From the NCBI GenBank assembly GCA_963821525.1, contig CAWGED010000010.1:128001-192000 (forward strand): a stretch of DNA of 64,000 nt, given 5' to 3'. Numbering within the stretch: the first letter of the stretch is position 1; each line of letters starts with the position of its first letter. Shown here in pieces: positions 51,722 through 61,227 of the stretch. The notes beneath the pieces are model-generated. The model saw only the letters and a program-made list of their open reading frames with translations, ran no database searches and had not been told where the DNA came from. The translations under genes and the position numbers were made by a program. This DNA is from an uncultured Gemmatimonadales bacterium (GTDB lineage Bacteria > Gemmatimonadota > Gemmatimonadetes > Gemmatimonadales > GWC2-71-9).

Positions 51722-52154
51722 ATGTCCAGCCGCGCCAGCGCCTTCATCCTCCTCGCGCTCGTAGCCAGCGCCACTCCGGGCGCAGAACTCCCCCGCCAGC
51801 GACGAAGCCCAGGTCCGGTCGGTGGTCGAGTCCTACCTGCACGGTCTCAAGTTCAACGACGTCGAGAGCTTACAGAAGGCGTTCTGGCCCGACGCCAAGC
51901 TCTTCTTCGTAGACAAGAAGGGAGGCCTGGGTCAGCTCACTCAGTCCCAGTGGTACGCGATGTTCGCCGGGTCGGCGGGGAAGGAAGAAAAGGGTGACCT
52001 CAAGATCGCTGCCCTCGAGGTCACCCGTGATATCGCCAGCGTCAAAGTCGTCGAGAACTACCCCGGCTCCCGCTACATCGACTACCTCTCCCTGGTCCGC
52101 TTCGATGGCGCGTGGAAGATCGTGAACAAGATCTACACTTCAGAGAAGACTTAG
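51722..52154 (+). CDS. Exported NTF2-like (lumazine-binding-type) protein; frameshift near 51780
   Basis: Signal MSSRASAFILLAL; YIDYLSL..WKIVNK. Confidence 0.8.
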
Positions 52155-52173
52155 CGGCAGCGCTGCGATCGGA

Positions 52174-52846
52174 TCAGGACGCTCGAGTCCCCTGCAGCTG
52201 GAGGTGATAGGTGCCGCCGCCTCCAGTCAGTTCGACGACCCCGGCAACTGGCTTTGCCCCGGGTGCGAGGTCCGTGCCGGCTGGCGGGTTCAGGACCTTG
52301 CAGGTGGCGATGCAGTCGAGCCCCCGCCAGTAGATGGCGCCGTTTTCGTTGGTAATGAGAAGAGCCGCCGAGCCGATCCAGTGGGCGTCTTGCTGAGTCA
52401 CCGGGGCCAGAACGGCGGCGAGGGCGGTGACACGATCCGACGGATGTTGGCCCAGGGCCTTGGTTGAGCTGGCCGCGGCCTGGGTCTCATCCGAGAGGCG
52501 AACCTGCTTGCCCTCGAGGACCGACACCAGGAGCCGGACGCTGTCACCCGGTTGGAGGCTGAGATCGACCAGTGGGCCCGCGCCGAGCGCTTCATCGAGA
52601 TGAATGCTGAGGTGACCAGTGGACGGCAGGTGGAGACTGGCGGTGTCCGCCCCGGGGCCGAGCACCGAGAGCAGGAGGTAGGGAGCGTCGTCGGTGTCGC
52701 CGGATCCAGTGGGTGTGGTGAGAGCCGCGGCGTGGAGAGTCGCCATCGTCATGTGGACCCGCCGCCGGGGCGTATGGAGCGGAAGCGGTGGTAAACAGCA
52801 GTAGCGAGCCGAGTACGCCACAGAGCACGACGTTCTTCATTGACAT
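52174..52846 (-). CDS. Exported hypothetical protein; frameshift near N-terminus
   Basis: MSMKNVVLCGVLGSLLL leader out of frame with a ~190-aa body. Confidence 0.55.
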
Positions 52847-52965
52847 GGTGGAGTTGGATGTTGAGGTTGCCAAGAGTTAACCCGCTCGCGATTGGGGCGC
52901 GCAAGTCGGCCGAATGCCTACAAAACGCTCAAGGTGACATCCTGGAACGGACAGGACCTACTCGT

Positions 52966-53430
52966 ATGCCCAGACTTCCCAGAGCAATCATTGCCGCCTT
53001 AATCCTTCTGGTCGCCCTCTGCCCTCCCCTTTCAGCACAAAAGGACGAACAAGCCCTCCGCGCCATGGACAGCGCCTGGGCCCGCAGCTACGCCACGCAC
53101 GACACGGCCCTCGCCATTTCCCTGATGAGCGACCGGATGGTGATGACCAGCACCGACGGGCAGGTCAAGGACAAGGTCATGGAGCTCGAGCACATTCGGC
53201 CGGCGCCCGGCCTTGTGATGCATCACTTCAGGACGTCGGAGGTGCGGGTGGATCTTTACCCGGGCGTCGGCATTGTCACCGGCCTCGCCGACTGGGCCTT
53301 CACCTTCAACGGGAAAGAGAACGCGGTGCGGCGGAGATACACCGCCGTCTACGTACCGGGCGGAAAGCTGGGATGGCAACTCGTGGCGCTACACATGGGA
53401 CGCGCGCCGGAGTCGACTCCGCCAAGCTAG
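52966..53430 (+). CDS. NTF2-like DUF4440 exported protein
   Basis: LSA-Q signal, RRYTAVY..WQLVALH. Confidence 0.85.
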   Translation: MPRLPRAIIAALILLVALCPPLSAQKDEQALRAMDSAWARSYATHDTALAISLMSDRMVMTSTDGQVKDKVMELEHIRPAPGLVMHHFRTSEVRVDLYPGVGIVTGLADWAFTFNGKENAVRRRYTAVYVPGGKLGWQLVALHMGRAPESTPPS

Positions 53431-53486
53431 CAGAGCGGACGGGCGCCCGACCGCCTTGTTCGCCCTGTCCGCCCTGTTCGCCTTGA
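53430..53486. repeat. 9-mer tandem arm
   Basis: CGCCTTGTT CGCCCTGTC CGCCCTGTT CGCCTTG. Confidence 0.7.
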
Positions 53487-53614
53487 CTCTAGGCCGCTTG
53501 CAGATTCGAGCCGCAGAGAGTAGCTCTTTCTAGTCGCCTTCGGAGAGCGTCGCTCCCTCCGCTGCACATCTCTCGCGTCCATCCCGCGAGGTCTTAGAGA
53601 TTCGAGGTGTTCCG

Positions 53615-53875
53615 ATGCTTTGTAATGATTGCAAGACTCAGCAGGCCGTGGAGAGCGAAGGGGCTCCCTTCGATTTCGTCCTGATGGGTACCTCGTACGG
53701 GCACCTGTGTGCCGGCTGCGCGCGGGAGCGCATGGATCAATTCGAGGTTTTCATGCAGCAGGATCTGGAGGGCTCGAGCCACGGCCTCAGCGCCGCCCAG
53801 CGGGACGCGATGGTCCGCCAGTATCTCACTCACTCCGGGCTTCCCCAGTGGCAGGCATTGCTAGGGTCTGAATAG
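53615..53875 (+). CDS. Small zinc-finger protein
   Basis: CNDC...CAGC; GAGG RBS. Confidence 0.65.
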   Translation: MLCNDCKTQQAVESEGAPFDFVLMGTSYGHLCAGCARERMDQFEVFMQQDLEGSSHGLSAAQRDAMVRQYLTHSGLPQWQALLGSE

Positions 53876-53887
53876 CGAAGGACAACC

Positions 53888-54301
53888 ATGGTGCACACCA
53901 CAGCAGAACACGGCACTGAAGTCAGGATCCTCTCGGCAGTCCCCACCTTTCTGGCCGAAGACGTCGCAGCCACCGCTCGCTGGTACGTGGACAACCTCGG
54001 CTTCACTCTCGCCGGTAACTTTCCAAAGAGTCCGCCGTACGCCTACGCCAGCCTCATGCGGGACGGCGCGGAAATCATGCTGCTCAGTCTCGCCGACTAC
54101 CGGAAGCCCGACCTCTCGTCGCTGCGTCCCGAAGGCCTGTGGGATGCGTATTTCCGGATGCGGGGAGTGAACGCCTTGTACCAGCAGGTAAAGGGCGAAT
54201 CGTTCATCAAGATGAAGCTGAAACAGCAGCCCTACAGCGATTGGGAATTCGAGGTGTGCGACCCGAACGGGTATGTCATCGTCTTCGGTGGAGAGTACTG
54301 A
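53888..54301 (+). CDS. VOC family protein
   Basis: ARWYVDNLGF, QPY..WEFEVCDPNGY. Confidence 0.9.
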   Translation: MVHTTAEHGTEVRILSAVPTFLAEDVAATARWYVDNLGFTLAGNFPKSPPYAYASLMRDGAEIMLLSLADYRKPDLSSLRPEGLWDAYFRMRGVNALYQQVKGESFIKMKLKQQPYSDWEFEVCDPNGYVIVFGGEY

Positions 54302-54716
54302 GGGATTGCAGCCGCCCGGCTACAGTGGCAAGCCGCTGATCGCGAAGCTGGACGTGAAGCCCGGGCATCGGCTCCTGTTGAAGGGCGCCCCGAACGGGTT
54401 CGAAACCGAGTTGCGTCCCCTGCCCGAGGGAGTCACGCTTGCCGGCGCCGCTAGCCGGACAGCCGATTGCGTTCTGCTCTTCTCTACTTCCAGCGCGCAC
54501 TTGGAGAAGGCCTTCAGACAGACGGTCCCGCTCCTTCCACCCGCTGGCATGCTCTGGGTGGCCTGGCCCAAGAAGGCATCCAAAGTTGAGACCGATCTCA
54601 CCGAGGACGTCGTACGGCGAATCGGTCTCGCCGCGGGACTGGTGGATATAAAGGTCTGCGCTGTCACCGACATCTGGTCCGGACTCAAGTTCGTCCGGCG
54701 ATTGAAGGACCGCTGA
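54273..54716 (+). CDS. DUF3052-like protein (start uncertain)
   Basis: GYSGKPL..KL, WVAWPKKAS, GLVDIKVC..WSGLKF. Confidence 0.82.
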   Translation: MSSSSVESTEGLQPPGYSGKPLIAKLDVKPGHRLLLKGAPNGFETELRPLPEGVTLAGAASRTADCVLLFSTSSAHLEKAFRQTVPLLPPAGMLWVAWPKKASKVETDLTEDVVRRIGLAAGLVDIKVCAVTDIWSGLKFVRRLKDR

Positions 54717-54767
54717 GTCACCAGGAATTGTCGCACCGAGCTACCAATCCTTCTCACCCGAGGCCCC

Positions 54768-55532
54768 ATGCGCTTGACTCTCCTCGTCCCCGTTCTTCTC
54801 CTGGCCGCCAGCGCCTGTGGAGCCAGGAAGCCCGCCGGCCCAAAGGAAATCGCTGGTGACTGCCAGCCGGTGTACGGGGGTTCGATTTGTACCTGGGCAG
54901 AAATGGCGGATAGCCACCTCGTCGCGCTCGGCGCCACGGTTCCCCTGACAACTATTGATAGTGCCCCGCCTGAGATGGCTATGACCTGGCCGCCCGTGCC
55001 GGGGGCGGTCATTCGACTGCCGGAAGTGGCTCGGGCCGCGGTGGGGGTAGATCACCTCGCGGTATTCTGGGAAGCTCACGGCCACCCGCCGGGACCGTTC
55101 CTGACGCCGCACTTCGACTTCCATTTCTACGTCATCAGCGACAGCGCCGCGGAGGCCATTGACTGCAGCAACATCACCAAACCTCAGGCGATTCCCGCGA
55201 GCTACACCCTGCCCGACGTGGATATACCGAAACTGGGGATGCTGACCGGCTTGTGCGTGCCAAAGATGGGGATGCATGCGCTGCCGCAGGAGTTCGCGAC
55301 CGGCACAGCCCCGTTCACCGGAACCATGGTGTTCGGCTACTACGCCCAGCGGCCGATCTTCTACGAGCCGATGATCTCCCGCGCCATGCTCCAGGAGCGC
55401 CGTTCATTCACCTTGCCGGTTCCTCCCGAAGGCGATCTGCCGAAGGGCGTCCAGTACCCGACCAAGTTCGAAGCGGTGTACGACTCGACCACGCCGGCTT
55501 ACCGCTTCGTCTTCAGCGGCTTCTCCCAATAG
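54768..55532 (+). CDS. His-rich lipoprotein (DUF5602-like)
   Basis: ASAC lipobox; W..HGHPP, PHFDFHFY, VPKMGMH, FYEPM. Confidence 0.75.
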   Translation: MRLTLLVPVLLLAASACGARKPAGPKEIAGDCQPVYGGSICTWAEMADSHLVALGATVPLTTIDSAPPEMAMTWPPVPGAVIRLPEVARAAVGVDHLAVFWEAHGHPPGPFLTPHFDFHFYVISDSAAEAIDCSNITKPQAIPASYTLPDVDIPKLGMLTGLCVPKMGMHALPQEFATGTAPFTGTMVFGYYAQRPIFYEPMISRAMLQERRSFTLPVPPEGDLPKGVQYPTKFEAVYDSTTPAYRFVFSGFSQ

Positions 55533-55557
55533 GGATTGGCCTCACACTGGAGGGCCG

Positions 55558-56451
55558 ATGCTCCTGACTCTCCTTCTTCTTGCCGGTGCCCCACTCGCCC
55601 CGCCGCCTCGCGCGGCGGGGCCTTCTCCGCCCGAACCGCATCGCGTCACCATCCTGTACGACGCCTTCGGACCCCGGCGAGATCTCACCCGCGACTGGGG
55701 ATTCGCCGCGTTGGTCGAATACGGCGGCAAACGCATTCTCTTCGACACCGGGAATAACGCCGACATCTTCGCCCACAACGTCAAGGCGTTGGGGATCGAC
55801 CTGAAGCGGCTCGATTTCGTCGTCGTCTCCCACCGTCACGGAGACCATACTGCCGGGCTCAATTACCTCCTCCGGGTCAATCCGAAGGTCAGGATCTACG
55901 CACCGCGAGAAGGATTCGGTGTGTTCGGTGCTTCCCTGCCCTCCACGTTCTACCGCACCGATTCAACCCTGCCGGATTCGATGCGGTACTTTGCCGGCTC
56001 CCCGGAGACTGAACTGAAGTTCGGGACACCATGGCCCGAGGCACATTTCACCTGGATCGACACGCTGACCGAAGTCGCGCCCGGCATCGCGATCATCTCG
56101 ACCGTCTCCAAGAATCCCGGCACGCTCGAGCTGCGTGAGCTGTCGCTGGTCCTGCGAACTCAGCAGGGCCTCGTGTTACTGGTGGGGTGCTCTCATCCCG
56201 GGATTGAAACCATCCTCGAAGCGACGCGTGGCTGGGGAGACCATGTGCATCTCATCTTCGGCGGACTGCACCTCGTAGTCACGCCGGATTCGGCCATCGC
56301 CCGGATCGCGACAGCGTTACATGATCAGTGGAAGGTGGATGAGATCGCACCCGGCCACTGCACCGGCGAGCCGGCCTTTGCTGAACTGAAACGCCGTTTC
56401 GGAACCCGTTACGTCTATGCGGGACTGGGGTCGGTCACCGAGATCGAGTAA
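55558..56451 (+). CDS. Exported MBL-fold metallo-hydrolase
   Basis: LFDTG, SHRHGDH, GCSHPG, GGLH, HCTG. Confidence 0.92.
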   Translation: MLLTLLLLAGAPLAPPPRAAGPSPPEPHRVTILYDAFGPRRDLTRDWGFAALVEYGGKRILFDTGNNADIFAHNVKALGIDLKRLDFVVVSHRHGDHTAGLNYLLRVNPKVRIYAPREGFGVFGASLPSTFYRTDSTLPDSMRYFAGSPETELKFGTPWPEAHFTWIDTLTEVAPGIAIISTVSKNPGTLELRELSLVLRTQQGLVLLVGCSHPGIETILEATRGWGDHVHLIFGGLHLVVTPDSAIARIATALHDQWKVDEIAPGHCTGEPAFAELKRRFGTRYVYAGLGSVTEIE

Positions 56452-56482
56452 GGCGCTAACCTCTACCCTCCAAGCCCCGTCA

Positions 56483-56893
56483 ATGTCACTCGGCCACTAC
56501 CTCCCGATCTTCCTCGCGGCTCTCGCCGCATTCCTGATCGGTGCTGTCTGGTATTCTCCCCTGCTCTTCGCCAAGGCCTGGGTCCGGGTTCACGGCTACA
56601 CTCAGGAAGCGCTTGTCGCGATGCGGGCGAAGGCGCCAAAGACCTACACCGCATCGTTCGTCGCCTTCCTGGTGATGGCGGCCGTGCTCCACATCATCCT
56701 GGCCCACCTCGGCGTCGAGTCTGCGTCCGCAGGCGCCTCCTGGGGCTTCCACCTCTGGCTGGGCATTGCCGCACCCATAGGCTTCACCGCGAATCTCTAT
56801 TCCGACAAACCGATCGCCGCTTTCCTGATCGACACCGGGTATCAGCTTGCCTACCTCCTTGCGATGGGCGCCATCCTCGGGGCCTGGCACTGA
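56483..56893 (+). CDS. DUF1761 family membrane protein
   Basis: GAVWYSPLLFAKAW, IDTGY. Confidence 0.88.
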   Translation: MSLGHYLPIFLAALAAFLIGAVWYSPLLFAKAWVRVHGYTQEALVAMRAKAPKTYTASFVAFLVMAAVLHIILAHLGVESASAGASWGFHLWLGIAAPIGFTANLYSDKPIAAFLIDTGYQLAYLLAMGAILGAWH

Positions 56894-57006
56894 CCGCCCT
56901 ACCGCCTTGTCCGCCGGTCCGCCGGTTCACCTTGTCCGCCCCGTCCGTCCTGTCCGCCCTGACCGCCATACCGCCTTCCCGCCATCCCGCCATCCCGCTA
57001 TTCCCC
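56894..57006. repeat. Stacked C-rich 8/9-mer arms
   Basis: ACCGCCCT, TGTCCGCC, CCGCCATC tandems. Confidence 0.75.
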
Positions 57007-57065
57007 CCGTTGAAAACCACCCGACCGCCCGCGACGTTTAATAGTGTCTCCAACCTGGACCTCAG

Positions 57066-57740
57066 GTGTTCAAAACTGTTGCAGCACGATGGTTAGCCCT
57101 CGCCGGCTCGTCTTCACTGGCTCTCGCCCTGTTAGGCCTTGGGAAGCCTCGGATTGAGACCGCCGATCCTTCCGCCACCACCACCCCCGCCGTCACACCG
57201 GCCAGTCAGGACACCGCCGTCTTTGCCGGCGGCTGCTTCTGGGGAATCGAAGGGGTGTTCGAGCACGTGAAAGGCGTGAAATCCGCCGTGTCAGGGTATT
57301 CCGGTGGATCCACCAAGTCGCCGACCTATGAGGAGGTCAGCGACGGGAACACCGGTCACGCCGAATCGGTGGAAGTGATCTACGATCCGTCGAAGGTCAC
57401 TTACGAGCAGCTGCTCGAGGTCTTCTTCGCGGTACACGATCCGACCCTGCTTAACCGCCAGGGACCGGACGTCGGCACCCAGTATCGCTCGGCGGTTTTC
57501 TACCGTAACGCGGATCAGAAGCAGGCCGCCGAGGCCTACGTGGCCGAACTGGCCGGCAAGAAAGTGTATTCCCGGCCCATCGTGACGGCGATCGAGGCGT
57601 TCAAGGCCTTCTATCCCGCCGAGGATTACCATCAGGGGTACATGGCGAAGCACCCCGATCAGCCCTACATCGCCTACAACGACGCACCAAAGGTGGAGCA
57701 GCTGAAGCAGCAATTCCCAGCGCTCTATCGGAATCCGTAA
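57066..57740 (+). CDS. msrA: Exported peptide-methionine (S)-S-oxide reductase
   Basis: GGCFWG, HDPT, QYRS, FYPAEDYHQ. Confidence 0.95.
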   Translation: MFKTVAARWLALAGSSSLALALLGLGKPRIETADPSATTTPAVTPASQDTAVFAGGCFWGIEGVFEHVKGVKSAVSGYSGGSTKSPTYEEVSDGNTGHAESVEVIYDPSKVTYEQLLEVFFAVHDPTLLNRQGPDVGTQYRSAVFYRNADQKQAAEAYVAELAGKKVYSRPIVTAIEAFKAFYPAEDYHQGYMAKHPDQPYIAYNDAPKVEQLKQQFPALYRNP

Positions 57741-57759
57741 CGGCGGTCGGGGGATTCAA

Positions 57760-59499
57760 ATGCTGCTCTATCTGCTGGCGTTCGTGGGTGGGGTGCTGAC
57801 CATCGTCAGCCCCTGCATCCTGCCGGTTCTACCCTTCGTCTTCTCCCGGGCCGATCAGCCCTTCCGGCGGAGCGGGTTACCGCTACTCCTCGGAATGGGC
57901 GGAACCTTCGCGCTGGTCGCCGGCCTTGCAACCTATGCCGGCGGGTGGGTCGTGCAGGCCAACCAGGTCGGACGAATTGTGGCCCTCGTCGTCTTCGCGC
58001 TGCTCGGCCTGGCACTGCTCTTTCCTTCGCTGTCGCTCTTCCTGACTCAGCCGCTCGCCCGGCTCGGCGCCCGCATTCAAGGGCCCGGCGTCGAGACTGA
58101 GCCTCCGGGTATCGGCCGCTCACTCCTGCTGGGTGCTTCCACCGGCCTGCTCTGGGCTCCCTGTGCCGGACCGATCCTCGGATTGATCCTGACCGGCGCT
58201 GCCGTGCAGGGCCCGAACGCTCGCACCACCGGATTACTGGTCGCCTTCTCGGCCGGAGCCGCGCTATCGCTTGCATTAGCCCTGTTGGCCGGTGGCAAAG
58301 TCTTCGCGCTGATGAAGAAATCGCTTAGGGCCGAGCAATGGATCCGGAGCGGATTGGGAGTGGCGGTGTTGATCGGTGTCGTCGCGATCGCCGCGGGCTG
58401 GGACACCGGAATTCTTCGGCGGCTCTCGCTGGCGAGCACCTCGGGGATCGAACAGGGTTTGGTTGATCGGCTGCGGCCGGTCACCGAGGCTGAGGGTGCT
58501 GCACTTCCGGCAGCCCCTCAAATGATTGCCCTTGCCACCGAAGGGTCGCTGCCGAGTCTCGATGGCGCGGTCGCCTGGCTCAATTCGCCGCCGCTAACCA
58601 GCGCTCAGCTCAAGGGGAAGGTCGTCCTCATCGACTTCTGGACCTACTCCTGCATTAACTGTCTCAGGACCATTCCCTACGTCGTGGCGTGGGCCGAGAA
58701 ATACCGTGCCGACGGGCTGGTCGTGATCGGAGTCCATACTCCCGAGTTCGCCTTCGAGAAAGACACCGGCAATGTCTCCAAGGCGCTTCGTGAGCTGAAG
58801 ATCACCTACCCAGTCGCGATAGATAACAAGTACACGATCTGGAATGCGTTCCACAATCAGTACTGGCCGGCGCACTACTTCATCGATGCCAAGGGAAACA
58901 TCCGGTATCACCATTTCGGCGAGGGCAATTACGCCGAGTCCGAGCAAGTGATCCAGCAATTGCTACGCGAGCGCGACTCGGCGATGACAGTAACCGGCTT
59001 GGTTGATCCGAAGGCGTCTGGCGCTCAAGCCGCGGCGGATTTCGGGAACGTCCTGTCTCCCGAGACCTATCTTGGCTATTCCCGGCAGAAGAACTACGTC
59101 TCGCCCGAGGCGATCCTGCAGGACAAGCCTCAGTCCTACACCGCCCCGGCACGGCTCACGGTAAATCAGTGGGCCCTAGGCGGAGAGTGGAACGTGAGCC
59201 GCGAGCATGCGGCGCTGGTCGCCGCACCGGGCACCGTTGTCTTCCGCTTCCACGCCCGGGATCTCCACCTGGTCCTTGGCCCTGCGCCCGACGGCAAGCC
59301 GGTGCGGTTCAGAGTTCGGCTCGATGGCGCTGCTCCGGGTGACGAACACGGAATGGACACCGACCCTCAGGGCGACGGCACCGTGACCGAGTACCGCCTC
59401 TATCAATTGATCCGGCAGCCGGGTAAGGTGGAGGACCGGACCTTCGAGATCGAATTCCTCGATCCGGGGATTCAGGCGTTCGCGTTTACGTTCGGATGA
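57760..59499 (+). CDS. dipZ: DipZ (CcdA TM domain + thioredoxin + C-terminal domain)
   Basis: SPCILP, WAPCAGP, WTYSCINC, AFAFTFG. Confidence 0.93.
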   Translation: MLLYLLAFVGGVLTIVSPCILPVLPFVFSRADQPFRRSGLPLLLGMGGTFALVAGLATYAGGWVVQANQVGRIVALVVFALLGLALLFPSLSLFLTQPLARLGARIQGPGVETEPPGIGRSLLLGASTGLLWAPCAGPILGLILTGAAVQGPNARTTGLLVAFSAGAALSLALALLAGGKVFALMKKSLRAEQWIRSGLGVAVLIGVVAIAAGWDTGILRRLSLASTSGIEQGLVDRLRPVTEAEGAALPAAPQMIALATEGSLPSLDGAVAWLNSPPLTSAQLKGKVVLIDFWTYSCINCLRTIPYVVAWAEKYRADGLVVIGVHTPEFAFEKDTGNVSKALRELKITYPVAIDNKYTIWNAFHNQYWPAHYFIDAKGNIRYHHFGEGNYAESEQVIQQLLRERDSAMTVTGLVDPKASGAQAAADFGNVLSPETYLGYSRQKNYVSPEAILQDKPQSYTAPARLTVNQWALGGEWNVSREHAALVAAPGTVVFRFHARDLHLVLGPAPDGKPVRFRVRLDGAAPGDEHGMDTDPQGDGTVTEYRLYQLIRQPGKVEDRTFEIEFLDPGIQAFAFTFG

Positions 59500-59519
59500 T
59501 TTCGCGGCGGGAGGAGCCG

Positions 59520-60113
59520 ATGCAAAAGGCGGGCAATGACGACGCCGTCATGGGACGGCGGTCGTTCCTGGTGCAGGCCGGAGTAGCGATGTTCGCCATG
59601 GCATGTCGGGCGGTCGAGAAGCGGGTCCCGATTGCCGCCGCGGCGTCGCTAGGCGAGGACCCGACCGTGACCATCGTCGAGTTCAGCAACGACGGCAAGC
59701 GACTCCGGACCGTGTCGGTGCCTCGCGTCGTAAAGTCGGAGGAGGAGTGGAAGAAGCAGCTCTCGCCGGCCTCCTTCGAGGTAACCCGTCATGCCGGGAC
59801 GGAGACGGCTTTCACCGGTGCCCTGCTCGAGGAGCATGACAAAGGCGTCTTCCGTTGCATCTGTTGCGATACCGCCTTGTACGACTCCAGCACCAAGTTC
59901 GAATCCGGCACCGGGTGGCCCAGCTTCTGGGCTCCGATCGCAAAGGAGAACATCGTCGAATCCAGCGACGACAGTCTCGGGATGGTCCGCACCGAGGTTT
60001 CCTGCCGTCGCTGCGACGCTCACCTGGGACACGTGTTCGATGACGGGCCGAAACCGACCGGACTGCGCTATTGCATGAACTCGGTCGCGTTACGATTCGC
60101 CAAGTCCTCCTAG
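59520..60113 (+). CDS. msrB: Peptide-methionine (R)-S-oxide reductase with Tat-like leader
   Basis: GRRSFL; CICC/CRRC, GTGWPSF, HLGHVF, RYCMNS. Confidence 0.95.
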   Translation: MQKAGNDDAVMGRRSFLVQAGVAMFAMACRAVEKRVPIAAAASLGEDPTVTIVEFSNDGKRLRTVSVPRVVKSEEEWKKQLSPASFEVTRHAGTETAFTGALLEEHDKGVFRCICCDTALYDSSTKFESGTGWPSFWAPIAKENIVESSDDSLGMVRTEVSCRRCDAHLGHVFDDGPKPTGLRYCMNSVALRFAKSS

Positions 60114-60122
60114 AGCTGTCGG

Positions 60123-60623
60123 TCAGTCAAGCCGCTTTCCGGTCTCCAGCAGCGTCTTGAGGTCGCTGAGGACCCAGGCCCAGCCTCCGCCGGCACCCTG
60201 CTTCTCCAGGCTGCCGCCAACGATGAGGGCGAGCTTGGGAGCCCCTTCCAGTTCGTGAGTAACCGTCAGCTTGGTTACTCCGCCCTGCGTCGGTTCGAGT
60301 TCCCAGGTGAGGCGGGTAAATCCCTCTGCTGCCATCTCCGGGTCCATCAGCATTCGCCAGCTCAGCACCAGCTTGCGTGGCGGGTCGGCCTCGATGACTT
60401 CGCCATCCACCGCGACCTCGGGTGAGCCCCCTGCGCGCATCTCCGCACTCGCGAGGTGGCGGTACTTCCCGTGGGCTCGCAGGTCGAATTCGGCTCGCCC
60501 GCCATAGCCGTACCGCGCAGTCCACTCGGGCCGGGTGATTGCATCCCAGATCGCCTGGGGGGTCGCCTTGATGTACACCCGGTACACCTGGGTGGTGACC
60601 CTGGTCTCCGTCATCGCGGTCAT
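60123..60623 (-). CDS. SRPBCC/AHSA1 domain protein
   Basis: VYIKATP..IWDAIT, GW..VLSDLKTLLETG. Confidence 0.92.
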   Translation of the reverse strand: MTAMTETRVTTQVYRVYIKATPQAIWDAITRPEWTARYGYGGRAEFDLRAHGKYRHLASAEMRAGGSPEVAVDGEVIEADPPRKLVLSWRMLMDPEMAAEGFTRLTWELEPTQGGVTKLTVTHELEGAPKLALIVGGSLEKQGAGGGWAWVLSDLKTLLETGKRLD

Positions 60624-60940
60624 GCCGTGTCCTCCAACTCATGCTTGAGGTCTGCGAGCGCCGAGATCCGGCGCTCGGTGAACTTGTCGATCCACCGGTC
60701 GTGGATCAGCCGGATCGGAACCGGGTTGAGGAAGTGCAGCTTTTCCCGGCCCGAGCGGCGGGTGACCACGAGTCCGGCTTCTTCAAGCACACGCAGGTGC
60801 TTCATCACCCCGAAGCGGGTCATCTCCAGTACCGACTCGAGCTCCGTCAGCGTGCGGCCGTCACGCTTGTAGAGCCGGTCGAGGAGAAATCGCCGGGTTG
60901 GATCGGCCAGCGCCTTGAACACCAGGTCATCGTCAGTCAC
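60620..60940 (-). CDS. ArsR/SmtB family regulator
   Basis: VFKALADPTRR, MTRFGVMKHL; GTG start at 60940. Confidence 0.92.
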   Translation of the reverse strand: MTDDDLVFKALADPTRRFLLDRLYKRDGRTLTELESVLEMTRFGVMKHLRVLEEAGLVVTRRSGREKLHFLNPVPIRLIHDRWIDKFTERRISALADLKHELEDTA

Positions 60941-60976
60941 GGACGGATAATATGTGACCAAATAGTCACCTGTCAA
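60941..60976 (-). promoter_or_regulatory. Sigma70 promoter, leaderless mRNA, operator in spacer
   Basis: TTGACA-18-TATTAT, 6 nt before GTG; GTGAC-N6-GTCAC at 60954-60969. Confidence 0.7.
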
Positions 60977-61022
60977 GTGGGCGACTACGTGAAGCTATGC
61001 ATGCCACCCAGAGTCTCAACTG

Positions 61023-61216
61023 GAAACGCAGAGGCGCAGAGGGCACAAAGAGCGTCGTCGCGCTCGCCCCGCGCTCAGTGAAATGCAGATCAGATTTTTT
61101 GCGGTTACTGAAAGGAGAGAACGTGGTACAACCTAAAGCCTGACTTGAACTCCTCTGCGTTCTCCGCGCCTCTGCGTTTGTAATTCCCGTTCCCCGTTCC
61201 CTGTTCCCGTTCCCGC
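61023..61216. repeat. Inverted 9-mer pair plus 6/7-mer arm
   Basis: AAACGCAGAGGCGCAGAG ... CTCTGCGTTCTCCGCGCCTCTGCGTTT; TTCCCG tandem. Confidence 0.85.
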
Positions 61217-61227
61217 CTCTCAATGAT

